A stretch of 64,000 nucleotides of DNA, from assembly GCA_964466705.1 (NCBI GenBank), contig CAYXSM010000002.1, positions 76,983-140,982 of the forward strand, read 5' to 3'. Within the stretch, counting starts at the first letter, position 1; every line of letters starts with the position of its first letter. The DNA comes from an uncultured Rikenellaceae bacterium. Lineage in GTDB: Bacteria > Bacteroidota > Bacteroidia > Bacteroidales > VadinHA17. This document shows, one piece after another, positions 37,574 to 47,683 of this stretch. Below the pieces are notes generated by a model. It saw only the letters and a list, made by a program, of their open reading frames with translations, searched no databases and had not been told where the DNA came from. The translations under genes and the position numbers were made by a program.

Positions 37574-40402
37574 ATGAAGAAACTTCAGATTCTCGTCTGT
37601 CTGGCACTTTGTTTTATAATAATTATAAATCTACTTTATTATAAAGCATTGTATGACAGACAAATAAATAATCTGACTGATTTGCTCGACCGACAGGTCC
37701 GGATTTCGGGGAAAATCATAAATGATATAGATAATCGTTTTGCAGACGATCTGAAACTCGCTGTTTCCTCTTCAGATATCTCTCTTCTTTTCCTTGATAA
37801 AACCATCCATTCAGAAATTGTGGAAAATATGAAGTTGTTTTTCACAAAATACGAAGATCTGATAACGGGAATAAAATACTTTGACAATAACAGGAATGAA
37901 TTTACCCTGAAAAAAGACGAAACAGGCAAAAACTGGCTTGAGCAGCAATTTGTTCTTCATGTTCAGGGAGAAATTATTACCGAAGAACGATTTGTTAAAG
38001 GGAAAAGATACTCGGAATACTTTCTTCCTGTATTTCAGAATAATGTCCCTATTGGAAATCTGGTTATTGCTGTCGATCTGCAGCAATTTTTCACCGGACT
38101 TTTTTCTGCTTTCAACATAGCTGACCGGCAGTGGCAGTGGGTAATAAGCGACTCAGGCCAGATTTTGTTCAACAACAGCGATGGAGATTTTACAGAAGTG
38201 GGAAGCATCGCAAGAAAACTTGATAATAATTCTGCACACGGAATTATTCACCATGTGAGGTCAGGAGAAAAAACAGTGAAAATTATTTCCTCTTACCTCC
38301 CTGCGCAACTGTTGAATAACAGATTCGGTATAATATTTTCATCTGCCACTGATTATTTTCAGGATTATATAGTGTACGGTTCAATAATTACAGGAACCTT
38401 AACATTTCTTCTTTTTCTGGTTGCATTATTTTTTTTATGGCGGTATATTAAATCGCAGAGGGAAAGAGTGAACAGGCTCAGAGCATCCGAAGAAATGCTT
38501 TTCAGAATGATAGAGGAAATGCCTGTCGGAATTATCATCCATAACCGGAACGGCGAAATCATTAAAGCAAACAAAATGGCTGCCAGCCAGTACTCTTACG
38601 CCGACGAAACAATCATGAAAGGCAAAATCTTTCCCGAGCCGACTGTTACAGGAGAAAACAGTTATTATTCCGGAAATCGCGGAGAAAATTTCCGGCCGGA
38701 ACAATTTGTTATATTAAAGAAAGAGGTCGGGGAGATGATACTTTTCCGGAACTCCATTCCTGTAATATTCGGAGGGGAGGAAGCAATCCTTGAAATGCTG
38801 CTGGATATAACAATGCTTGAAAATGCAAGAAAAAATGAAGTTAGCGCCAATGTTGCAAAATCAGAATTTCTTGCCCGGATGAGCTATGAACTCAGAACAC
38901 CATTAAACGGAATAATCGGCATGGCAGATATTCTTCAGAGAAGGAATCTGACGAAAGATGACAGCGAGATAGTGTCTCTCCTCCAAAGGTCAGCCGGGGT
39001 ATTGCTGAGAATCATCGACGATATTCTTGACTTTTCAAAGATTGAAACAGGCAGGATGATAATTGAAGAAATCCCGTTTAATCTCAGGGAAGAAATTATT
39101 TATTGTTATGACCTTGCGAGAACCGGCCTGAATGAGGAAAATGTAAAGCTAAGCTGTTCGGTTAGTGCTAATATTCCTGAAAGGGTTATTGGAGATCCCT
39201 TCAGACTGAGACAGGTGATCACGAACTTTCTCAATCATTCCATTACCAATACATCTCATGGTGAGATCAGACTTCTTTGCTCTTTGCAGGAAAGAAAGGA
39301 CAGGATGCTGACACTGGGATTTGAAATTTCTGATACCGGCAAGAATTTTGATAGCGCAACCTTAAAAAAGATCTTTGGCGAGTATCTGACTCTCGGGTCG
39401 AAAGTAATTCAGAATGATGAGGAATCAGGATTTGGTACTATTCTTGCCCGGCAGCTGATAGATCTTATGGGAGGTGATTTTTCTGCGGAAAGCCCTTCCG
39501 GGATAGATGGCGATCATGGCACCAAAATCAGATTCAGCATAACTGTATATTCGCAGGACAAGAAGCAAAAGAGTTTTTCATCTGATGAGATAAAAAGCTT
39601 TGAAAGCATAAAAACGCTGGTAATTACCGGAAGTCTGTCGAAAGATGAGGAAATAATTGGTCTTCTGCATAAACTTGGACTTACACTTACGGTTACCACC
39701 TACCAGCGTTCAACGGTTAGTCAGATAGAAGCTAATCTCACTTACCCCGGTAAGAGGTATTCACTCATCATTATTCTGGACGACAGTAATTTTGACGGCT
39801 TCAGAGTAGCAGAGGAGCTTCAGGAAAAAAGTCTCACAGAACATTTTATTTTGATACTGATGAGCACCAACGATAAAAAAGGTAACCTTTTAAGATGCCT
39901 TACTATGGGCATTGATCACTATATTGTAAAACCTTTTGAGATCAAAGAGCTTTACGATACGATCCGTGAAAGCTTTAGCGGAATTGATACCGCAGTGCCA
40001 TCAGACTTTTCAGATGTGACAAAAACCGATCTTGAAATACTGATTGTGGAAGATAACAAAATGAATCAGAAAGTTCTTGGCACAATGCTGAAAAGTCTGG
40101 GGTATTCATTTGATTTCGCAGATGATGGTTATTCAGGATACATACAAGCGAAGACCCGCAGATATGATGTTATATTCATGGACCTTATAATGCCTGAAAT
40201 GGATGGGTTTGAGTCAGCGAGAAAAATGATCGAATATGATCCTGATCTTCTGATTGCTGCTTTTACGGCCGACAATATGCCTGATTCAAAAAGAAAAGCA
40301 GAACTCTCAGGGATCAGGGATTTTATCTCAAAACCCGTCAGGGTTGATGACCTGAGGAAATTTTTTATGAAACACTTTAATAACAGAAAGTCAACAACAT
40401 AA
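37574..40402 (+). CDS. hybrid sensor kinase-like protein (TM-periplasmic domain-TM, PAS, HisKA with His->Tyr, HATPase-like, degenerate REC, canonical REC)
   Basis: H-box reads SEFLARMSYELRTPLNGIIG (TAT at 38885-38887). N-box DPFRLRQVITNFLNHSI. G1 DTGKN (39332-39346) and G2 SGFGTIL deviate from consensus. C-terminal REC ILIVEDN...FMDLIMPEMDG...SKP is intact. Confidence 0.8.
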   Translation: MKKLQILVCLALCFIIIINLLYYKALYDRQINNLTDLLDRQVRISGKIINDIDNRFADDLKLAVSSSDISLLFLDKTIHSEIVENMKLFFTKYEDLITGIKYFDNNRNEFTLKKDETGKNWLEQQFVLHVQGEIITEERFVKGKRYSEYFLPVFQNNVPIGNLVIAVDLQQFFTGLFSAFNIADRQWQWVISDSGQILFNNSDGDFTEVGSIARKLDNNSAHGIIHHVRSGEKTVKIISSYLPAQLLNNRFGIIFSSATDYFQDYIVYGSIITGTLTFLLFLVALFFLWRYIKSQRERVNRLRASEEMLFRMIEEMPVGIIIHNRNGEIIKANKMAASQYSYADETIMKGKIFPEPTVTGENSYYSGNRGENFRPEQFVILKKEVGEMILFRNSIPVIFGGEEAILEMLLDITMLENARKNEVSANVAKSEFLARMSYELRTPLNGIIGMADILQRRNLTKDDSEIVSLLQRSAGVLLRIIDDILDFSKIETGRMIIEEIPFNLREEIIYCYDLARTGLNEENVKLSCSVSANIPERVIGDPFRLRQVITNFLNHSITNTSHGEIRLLCSLQERKDRMLTLGFEISDTGKNFDSATLKKIFGEYLTLGSKVIQNDEESGFGTILARQLIDLMGGDFSAESPSGIDGDHGTKIRFSITVYSQDKKQKSFSSDEIKSFESIKTLVITGSLSKDEEIIGLLHKLGLTLTVTTYQRSTVSQIEANLTYPGKRYSLIIILDDSNFDGFRVAEELQEKSLTEHFILILMSTNDKKGNLLRCLTMGIDHYIVKPFEIKELYDTIRESFSGIDTAVPSDFSDVTKTDLEILIVEDNKMNQKVLGTMLKSLGYSFDFADDGYSGYIQAKTRRYDVIFMDLIMPEMDGFESARKMIEYDPDLLIAAFTADNMPDSKRKAELSGIRDFISKPVRVDDLRKFFMKHFNNRKSTT

Positions 40403-40453
40403 CGGCTTCAATATTGCCCATATTGGAAATTTATCAGAGGCTACAGGGAGAAA

Positions 40454-41497
40454 ATGGATTATTCAACAAAAAATAAATCTGATATTAAATACTTTCTCGA
40501 AATGGCTGATGCAATACCTGTGGTTGATGTCAGGTCGCCATCCGAATTTAAAAAAGGCCATATTCCCGCAGCGATAAATATACCTCTGTTTAATGATGAA
40601 GCCCGTGAAAAAGTTGGCATTCGCTATAAAAAAGCAGGAAGGCTTAAGGCAATTCTTACAGGTCTTCAGTTGACAGGGCCGGAGTTGTCAGACAAGCTGG
40701 AGAAAGCCGTTAAAACTGCTGTAAACGGACAAATTCTGGCTTATTGCTGGCGGGGAGGAATGAGATCTGAAACCATGGCCTGGCTCTTTTCTTTGGGTGG
40801 TATTGAGGTGACACTACTTGAGAGAGGTTACAAATCATATCGCAGCCATGTGCTTGATAAATTGTCGCACAGGATACCATTGATAATTTTGGGAGGTTAT
40901 ACGGGAAGCGGTAAAACAGAGATTCTTAAACATATCAGGGAGTCAGGCTATCAGTCCGTAGACCTCGAAGGACTTGCAAATCACAAGGGATCGGCTTTTG
41001 GAGCCCTTGGCAAGCCTCCGCAGCCTTTCTCAGAACATTTTGCCAATCTTTTATTTGATGAAGTCAGAAAAATGAGCACGGACAAGCCTCTGTGGCTCGA
41101 AGATGAAAGCAGAAACATCGGCAATGTTTTTATACCCGGAGAATTTTATGCAAACATGCAGTCAAATCCTGCTGTAGTATTGATTATGGATCTGAAAACA
41201 AGACTTCCACGGCTTATTGAAGAGTACTCCTCATATCCGGAAGAAGATCTTAAGAAAGGAGTGATGAAAATCACCAAACGATTGGGAAGCGAAAAGGCAA
41301 AAGATGCAATTCAGGCAATAATAAGAAAAGACTATTCCCGGGCCATTGAGATTACACTCGGTTATTATGATAAGGCATATCTGCACAGCCTGAAGAAAAG
41401 AATGGCAAGCAAGACCATTTTTGTACATACCGATACTGATGATGTGGCAATAAATGCCACGAAAGTGCTTGATGCTGCTTCCGGGATATCGTGGTAA
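40454..41497 (+). CDS. selU: tRNA 2-selenouridine(34) synthase
   Basis: Rhodanese domain with active-site AYCWRGGMRS, followed by the P-loop GGYTGSGKT. 347 aa. Confidence 0.85.
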   Translation: MDYSTKNKSDIKYFLEMADAIPVVDVRSPSEFKKGHIPAAINIPLFNDEAREKVGIRYKKAGRLKAILTGLQLTGPELSDKLEKAVKTAVNGQILAYCWRGGMRSETMAWLFSLGGIEVTLLERGYKSYRSHVLDKLSHRIPLIILGGYTGSGKTEILKHIRESGYQSVDLEGLANHKGSAFGALGKPPQPFSEHFANLLFDEVRKMSTDKPLWLEDESRNIGNVFIPGEFYANMQSNPAVVLIMDLKTRLPRLIEEYSSYPEEDLKKGVMKITKRLGSEKAKDAIQAIIRKDYSRAIEITLGYYDKAYLHSLKKRMASKTIFVHTDTDDVAINATKVLDAASGISW

Positions 41498-41506
41498 GAA
41501 AAACCC

Positions 41507-42784
41507 TTAACCACTTATATTTTCTGAATCAGCCCAAATGAATACCTTGTCAGATCGTCTCACTACGGAGGGTACTTTAAATGAACACATCTCACCTTTA
41601 AGAGCTTTTTCCGTTATGTTTAGTTCAACCCTTATTTCGTCAACACAATGTTCTATTACACCCGTTGTGGGTCCTGTAATAAGAATCAGGTCGTCTTTCT
41701 TCAGGTCTCCATTCTCAAGCTTTATCTCAGCAACAGATATCTTTGCGAAATAATTGGTTACTTTCCCGACATAGATTTTCTTCTTTGTTGCCGCGGAGCC
41801 ATATCTGTTACTCCATTCTCCAAGTCTCTGTCCAAGGTAATAGCCATCCCAGAAGCCACGGTTAAAGACGGAGGAAAGCCTTTTTGTCCATTCTTCAATT
41901 TTGCTGCTGTTGTAACTGCCTTCCAGTACAGACAATACAGCTTCATTATAGCAAGCTGTTACAATTTTAACATATTCAGCAGAACGGGCCCTTCCTTCAA
42001 TTTTGAATACCCGTACCCCGGCATCAATCAATTTGTCTGCGAATCCTATTGTGCAAAGATCCTTCGGCGACATTATATACTCGTTTTCAATTGCCAGCTG
42101 ATGACCTGATTCCTTTTCGGTGACCAGATATGCCTTTCTGCATGTCTGATAACACCTGCCACGGTTAGCTGAAGTATTGTTTTCATGCAGGCTGAGGTAA
42201 CATTTTCCAGAAACAGCCATGCATAACGCTCCGTGAACGAACATCTCGATCTTAATTTGTTCGCCTCCGGGTCCCCGTATGTCCTGCTCTCTGACAGCAT
42301 CGTGAATATATTTTACCTGGTCGAGATTCAGTTCCCTTGCCAGTACTGCGACATCGGCCCATTGCGAGTAGAATTTCAGGGCTTCAATATTTGAAATATT
42401 CAGCTGTGTTGAAAGATGAACCTCCAGCCCTGAACTGAAAGCATAATTTATCACCGAAAGGTCTGAAGCTATAATCGCTGAAACACCGTTTCTGGCTGCT
42501 GAATCGATAATATGGTGCATTTGCCCAATTTCTTCATCATAGATCACAACATTTACAGTGAGATAACTTTTGATATTGTTGGAGTTGCATATTCTGACAA
42601 TGTTGCTTAGATCTTCCAGTGTGAAGTTTACCGACGAACCGGCCCGCATGTTCAGTTGTCTGACTCCGAAATATACTGAATCAGCACCCCCCTGAATTGC
42701 TGCCGTCAGTGATTCATACGACCCTGCAGGGGCCATAATCTCAATTTCCTTACGGTCCATGAGAGAAAAATAAAGTTTGGACAA
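41507..42784 (-). CDS. peptidase U32-family protein (TrhP/YegQ-like)
   Basis: U32 signature EMFVHGALCMAVSGKCYLS and N-terminal APAGSYESL..AIQGGADSVYFG. An alternative ATG at 42760 is possible. Confidence 0.8.
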   Translation of the reverse strand: MSKLYFSLMDRKEIEIMAPAGSYESLTAAIQGGADSVYFGVRQLNMRAGSSVNFTLEDLSNIVRICNSNNIKSYLTVNVVIYDEEIGQMHHIIDSAARNGVSAIIASDLSVINYAFSSGLEVHLSTQLNISNIEALKFYSQWADVAVLARELNLDQVKYIHDAVREQDIRGPGGEQIKIEMFVHGALCMAVSGKCYLSLHENNTSANRGRCYQTCRKAYLVTEKESGHQLAIENEYIMSPKDLCTIGFADKLIDAGVRVFKIEGRARSAEYVKIVTACYNEAVLSVLEGSYNSSKIEEWTKRLSSVFNRGFWDGYYLGQRLGEWSNRYGSAATKKKIYVGKVTNYFAKISVAEIKLENGDLKKDDLILITGPTTGVIEHCVDEIRVELNITEKALKGEMCSFKVPSVVRRSDKVFIWADSENISG

Positions 42785-42789
42785 AATAA

Positions 42790-43944
42790 TTATCTCCTTC
42801 CGTTCTTCATCATTATCCGGATTACAGAACCCTTTCCTATTTCTGAAGACTTGACAAAGATTTTACCGTCATGATATTCTTCAATGATCCTTTTTGCGAG
42901 TGAAAGGCCCAGGCCCCAACCTCTTTCTTTTGTGGTGAACCCGGCAGAAAATATTTTTTTCTGTGCCGATTTGGGAATTCCTTTTCCTGTGTCTGAAATA
43001 TCAATTATTACGTGTTTGTCAGCCTCTGAAACGCGGATGGTAATCTCTCCGTTTCCCTCCATTGCGTCAATGGCGTTTTTGCAAACGTTCTCGATCACCC
43101 ATTCGAAAAGAGCAGGATTGACAGGTGCACTTATATCTTCATCAGGAGAAAATGTGGGAACAAACAAAACCTTTGATGATGACCTGGATTTGAGATAGTC
43201 AATCGAATTTTGTATGAGGGTCACAACGTTTTCCTTTGTAAGGGAAGGCTTGGCTCCGATCTTCGAAAATCTTTCCGTCACCTTTTCCAGCCTTTTAATA
43301 TCGAGGGCCAGCTCTTTTGTCGGAATGTCCGGATATTTGTTCTGAATTACCTCTATCCATCCGGCCAGCGATGTGGTGGGAGTGCCAAGCTGATGTGCAG
43401 TTTCTTTTGACATTCCTACCCAGACCCTGTTCTGCTCCGCTTTCCGTGATGTGCTGAGCGCTATATACGAGACCACAATGAACATTATTATCAGTCCCAG
43501 CTGAACATAGGGATAGTATATCAATTGTGTCAGGATAATGCTGTCTTTGTAGTAAATCCGGTTGACATTGCCGTGGCCGAGATCAATAGTAATAGGTTCG
43601 TTGGTGCTCTTTATCCTTTGAAGATTGGCTTTCATGAAACCAGGCTCATCAGTCCTCAATACATCGAAATTCCTGGCGGCAAGAATATTATCGTTACCAT
43701 CTGTCAGAATTACGGGTACGGTATTGTTATTCTCGATGATGGAAAGGAGAAATTCAATATTCTGCGTTGAATCGGCACTGTTTATAAGTCTGGTGGCCTC
43801 AGCCCACATTTCAACCTTCTTTCTCTCTTCGTCTTTTAGGTTCTTTACCAGATTCTGGGTGTAGAAAAGCGACCCGACGCCAATCAGAATTGCAAAAAGG
43901 AAAAGGAAAATTTTCCAGTGACTCCTGTTTCTATAAATATTCAC
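42790..43944 (-). CDS. two-TM sensor histidine kinase (no adjacent response regulator)
   Basis: H-box SKETAHQLGTPTTSLAGW, N-box NVCKNAIDAM, and G boxes DTGKGIP and GWGLGLSLAKRI. Its stop is 5 nt from the U32 start. Confidence 0.8.
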   Translation of the reverse strand: MNIYRNRSHWKIFLFLFAILIGVGSLFYTQNLVKNLKDEERKKVEMWAEATRLINSADSTQNIEFLLSIIENNNTVPVILTDGNDNILAARNFDVLRTDEPGFMKANLQRIKSTNEPITIDLGHGNVNRIYYKDSIILTQLIYYPYVQLGLIIMFIVVSYIALSTSRKAEQNRVWVGMSKETAHQLGTPTTSLAGWIEVIQNKYPDIPTKELALDIKRLEKVTERFSKIGAKPSLTKENVVTLIQNSIDYLKSRSSSKVLFVPTFSPDEDISAPVNPALFEWVIENVCKNAIDAMEGNGEITIRVSEADKHVIIDISDTGKGIPKSAQKKIFSAGFTTKERGWGLGLSLAKRIIEEYHDGKIFVKSSEIGKGSVIRIMMKNGRR

Positions 43945-43972
43945 AACTAATTTTATTACAGAACGTCAAAAA

Positions 43973-46591
43973 TTATAATTTCTTTTTGAAAAGGCTTCTA
44001 ATTATGCTTTCTTTTTTTTCGGGAACGGGTTCCGGCTCCGGATCTGTTGAATCCGATCCTTCCCATGTAACCCTTATTCGGGGCTTTGACTGCTGGCCTG
44101 GAGCGTTGCTTCCGGTCCTTCTCTGTTTATACTCCTCATCCAGAATATTCCTCAAATTCTCCCTCTCTTTCCTGATATCGTTCTTGATCTGGTTGCCGGC
44201 TGCTTTCAGGTCATAACTGACCTTCGACTCTTTTCCGGCCCCATCTATTTTTAGAAATACGGATGTCCGCCCCAGGCCGTCATCTTCAACTTCGCCAAAT
44301 TCTGACGAAATGCTCCTGTTTCTTTTTGCCTTGTTTGCCAGAATCTCCGAAAGATGAATTTTAACATGATATTCGTACCTGTTGTCAAAATCATGTTTCC
44401 CGCTTACCAGAAGATCTGCCGCAGAAGATCTGACATCCATCTGGGGTATGTAAAGCGAATAGTCCCTTATGAAAAAATCATTTTCCATCTCGTCAAACCG
44501 GATATTCTGAAGTTCTGACAGTTGAATGAATGAGGAAAGCTTCTTTACCGGTTCAAAATTTATTAAAGCACCATTTGAAATCAGGTATTTTCCTTCAGCT
44601 GTAAGAGCTTTGACATCTGGTTTAAACATCGAATCAGCAGGCATAAGAACCGAAACGGAGCCAGTAAGTGAACCCTCAATATTTTCAGCTTTCAGGAAAC
44701 TCTGACCAAAATTATTGAAAGTATTAAAAGCAGTATTAATATTTACTCGTCCCAGAACAAACATGCCGCGACCTGTCAATGATTTATCCATGTTCTGAAC
44801 TATTAAACCATTACCGGATATAATACCTTCCTGAGAATTGAAATGCAGTGTATTAAAGTTTAGTGATGATGGCTTGACGTAAAGGTTCCCGGAAACTCCG
44901 GACGCATTGAATTTTCTATATACAAGTGTATCTATGTCAAAGCCGAGAATGAGATCCATATTGACAGGAAGTTCAATAGCTCCGGTGATCTCCGTTCCTG
45001 CATTATTACCCCGGTCGTACCTGATAAGTCGTTCTACATCAATAAAACCTGCTGAAATATTAGCTGATCCGGATAGTATTGAAGCTTTTCCGGCCAAGAA
45101 ACGGGGAATATTTTTCAGATCTGCAGACATTTTAATGTATTGATCATTAATGATAAGATCAAGTTTATCTGTAGTAGTACTTTCAGTTATTGAAAATTCA
45201 CCGTTCACCTGCTCCAGTGCGATATCCCTGTTATTAAATGTAACGCCAAAGGAATTAAAGGAGATTTTGGAATTATGTTTCAGATCTGCTAAATCGGAGA
45301 TTTTATATTTATCTTTTGTCTTCATCATTCCCGATACCCTTAGATCAAGATCAACAGTACCTTTTGTTGAAGAAACATTACGCAGGTTTAAAAACTGCTT
45401 AAGTTCATCGGGATATAGCGTTCCCCTGAAGCTTAAATCGGCCATGGGATTTGCGAAATCTGTCATTTTGAAAGAACCCTTGTACAATCCTGAACCGAGT
45501 GCAACCTTGAAATCCCTGATGCAGAAAGTGCTTGTGGTTTTGCTGTTTTCGGATCCGTTGGTAAAGGATCCGTCGAAAGAGAAGTCATCAACTCCTATCC
45601 TGGATCTTTTATGAAAAATACGGGCATTATCAAGCGAAAAAGAAATTTCGACATGAGGATTCAGGTCAGAGGTGGCATAACCTTTAACGATACTGTTGAC
45701 TTCGAGAAATCCGCCTGGTTCGTAATCTGATACAATTGCTTTATATCTTTCCGGAAAATAGTTGGTAATCTGAGATATATCAATATTATTACCCGTTATG
45801 GACAGATCCAGTTCGTGGTCATTGAACACAGATCCCGACATCAGTATTTTCCAGTCTTCTATTTCAAGTTTTGCCTGTCTGAAGAGGGTTCTGTACTGGT
45901 TTTTGTGCATATCAATTTCAACATCAGCCGGAATTATGTTATTCACTGAAAAATTTTTCAGCCGGATAACATTTAATGTAATATCAGAACTGGCATTGAA
46001 AAGCATATTGTCTCCGGTGATGGTTCCCTTAAGCCTTCCGTCATTCAATGTTCCTTTTATTGTCAGGTCTGCTTTCTTGTCCAGATAAAGAAACCCGATT
46101 TCAGTATAACTGATCCTGTTCAGGTCGAAATTTGCCGCCGGGGAGCCTGATTCTCCTTTATCGACAGAAATTTTATAGTTGGTCAATCCGTTGCTGTCGG
46201 TGTAAAGGTTAAGTTTTCCTGACCGCAAGGTTATGCGGGCAATACTGTAATCTTTTTTCAGCAGGTTCAGCATTCTTATTTCAACTGATGCCGACATGGC
46301 TGACAGAAGTGTGTCGGTTGATGTTTCAGGGAAATCGTCCGCACTTAACCCGGGAGATGAATGGACAAGGACATCCTTTAGAATAACGGAGGCATTTGGA
46401 AATTTTCGAAGCAGACTGAATCTTAAAGACCCTGTATTTATTTTGGTGGAAACATTGCTGTTGAGTGTCTGGATCACCATATCCGCGACCTTGTCCTGCA
46501 TTGCAATGGATGCCGAAAAAAGGATTAATACCACTGCAAAAAATATAAGCAGGGATATTTTAATGATCTTAATCAGCCGGCTCATTCTCAT
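43973..46591 (-). CDS. AsmA-family (AsmA/TamB-like) envelope protein
   Basis: 872 aa. Single N-terminal anchor followed by a long beta-rich repetitive region. The N-terminal block ...DKVADMVIQTLNSNVSTKINTGSLRFSLLRKFPNASV resembles the AsmA N-domain. Confidence 0.55.
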   Translation of the reverse strand: MRMSRLIKIIKISLLIFFAVVLILFSASIAMQDKVADMVIQTLNSNVSTKINTGSLRFSLLRKFPNASVILKDVLVHSSPGLSADDFPETSTDTLLSAMSASVEIRMLNLLKKDYSIARITLRSGKLNLYTDSNGLTNYKISVDKGESGSPAANFDLNRISYTEIGFLYLDKKADLTIKGTLNDGRLKGTITGDNMLFNASSDITLNVIRLKNFSVNNIIPADVEIDMHKNQYRTLFRQAKLEIEDWKILMSGSVFNDHELDLSITGNNIDISQITNYFPERYKAIVSDYEPGGFLEVNSIVKGYATSDLNPHVEISFSLDNARIFHKRSRIGVDDFSFDGSFTNGSENSKTTSTFCIRDFKVALGSGLYKGSFKMTDFANPMADLSFRGTLYPDELKQFLNLRNVSSTKGTVDLDLRVSGMMKTKDKYKISDLADLKHNSKISFNSFGVTFNNRDIALEQVNGEFSITESTTTDKLDLIINDQYIKMSADLKNIPRFLAGKASILSGSANISAGFIDVERLIRYDRGNNAGTEITGAIELPVNMDLILGFDIDTLVYRKFNASGVSGNLYVKPSSLNFNTLHFNSQEGIISGNGLIVQNMDKSLTGRGMFVLGRVNINTAFNTFNNFGQSFLKAENIEGSLTGSVSVLMPADSMFKPDVKALTAEGKYLISNGALINFEPVKKLSSFIQLSELQNIRFDEMENDFFIRDYSLYIPQMDVRSSAADLLVSGKHDFDNRYEYHVKIHLSEILANKAKRNRSISSEFGEVEDDGLGRTSVFLKIDGAGKESKVSYDLKAAGNQIKNDIRKERENLRNILDEEYKQRRTGSNAPGQQSKPRIRVTWEGSDSTDPEPEPVPEKKESIIRSLFKKKL

Positions 46592-46643
46592 CCTTACAGG
46601 TAACGGCTGACAAAGTTAATTTATTTGAATCAATAAAGGATTA

Positions 46644-47351
46644 TTATATTAACAGGAACGAGAAATCGTCTTTTTCATGCAGTTCTGACGGCTGCCTGCC
46701 TTTCCTGAAAATCCTCGCCGGAGAAGGTCCTGAAAGTCTCACTCCGTCATTTTCAATCCATAACATTGTTCCTTCCCTCAGACCGGCGACCCATATTCCG
46801 GGATTAAGTTCAATGAATTCTTCAATTCTTTGCTCACGTGTCTCTCCTGCATGCCCTGCCGGATTTGCATCAAGGTAATGAGGATTGATCTGGAACGGGA
46901 CAAGATTAAAGGCTTTGAATGAAGCGGGCTCGGTGATTGCCATGTCATTTGTTGTCATTATTGTAGGACAGGCGACATTTGAACCGGCGCTCCAGCCTAT
47001 ATAAGGAGTTCCGTTCATCACTTTTTCCCTTACTGCATCAACCAGTCCGTTTTCTTGTATCTTGCTCAGCAGCTGCCATGTATTACCTCCCCCGACAACT
47101 ATTGCATCAGCACTTTTGACGGCAGCAGCAGGATCGCCGTACCTGTGGATGGAGATGACATCGTGCCCGATCTCCCTGAATTTTGCTGACACCCTGGCTT
47201 CATACTCATCATAGGAAAATGTTACTGCAGCATAAGGGATAAACAGTGCTTTAACATGACGTGGACCCAGGAATTCCTTTATCGCTTGTCTGGGGTGATG
47301 AAGATATTCCTCACCCTGATTTGTTGAATTGCTTATCAGTAATAGTTTCAT
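46644..47351 (-). CDS. pepE: dipeptidase E (peptidase S51)
   Basis: MKLLLISNS start, VGGGNTWQL and nucleophile block IGWSAGSNV. 235 aa. Confidence 0.85.
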   Translation of the reverse strand: MKLLLISNSTNQGEEYLHHPRQAIKEFLGPRHVKALFIPYAAVTFSYDEYEARVSAKFREIGHDVISIHRYGDPAAAVKSADAIVVGGGNTWQLLSKIQENGLVDAVREKVMNGTPYIGWSAGSNVACPTIMTTNDMAITEPASFKAFNLVPFQINPHYLDANPAGHAGETREQRIEEFIELNPGIWVAGLREGTMLWIENDGVRLSGPSPARIFRKGRQPSELHEKDDFSFLLI

Positions 47352-47633
47352 CGGATTGCAATAATTTATCAGTATTTCGTAAGAATTTCAATGTTATGGG
47401 TTTCAGGTTTGCTTTTAATCGTCGTTTTGTTAACAGAATTTTCAAAATATTCAGTAAAAGCATTCTGCCAGAATGAATTTCTCGTTGTCCGGCAATAATT
47501 TTTATGAACTCATCAGTCACATAATCCCGTTATTCCTGAAGCATTACCGTAATTCCTGTATCGGATATCGGAGGCAGAAGGAATTCCCTTCATTCTGTCA
47601 TGTGAAATATGACGGGATCAATTACAAATATAC

Positions 47634-47662
47634 AGAGAGACAAGGAAAATGCATGTCTCTCT
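47634..47662 (-). terminator. candidate terminator of the ECF sigma/anti-sigma/beta-barrel transcript
   Basis: 9-bp perfect stem AGAGAGACA/TGTCTCTCT with an 11-nt loop, 22 nt after the beta-barrel stop. Followed on the minus strand by GTATATTTGTAAT. Confidence 0.45.
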
Positions 47663-47683
47663 CCGGTATAAATTAATGTGTTG

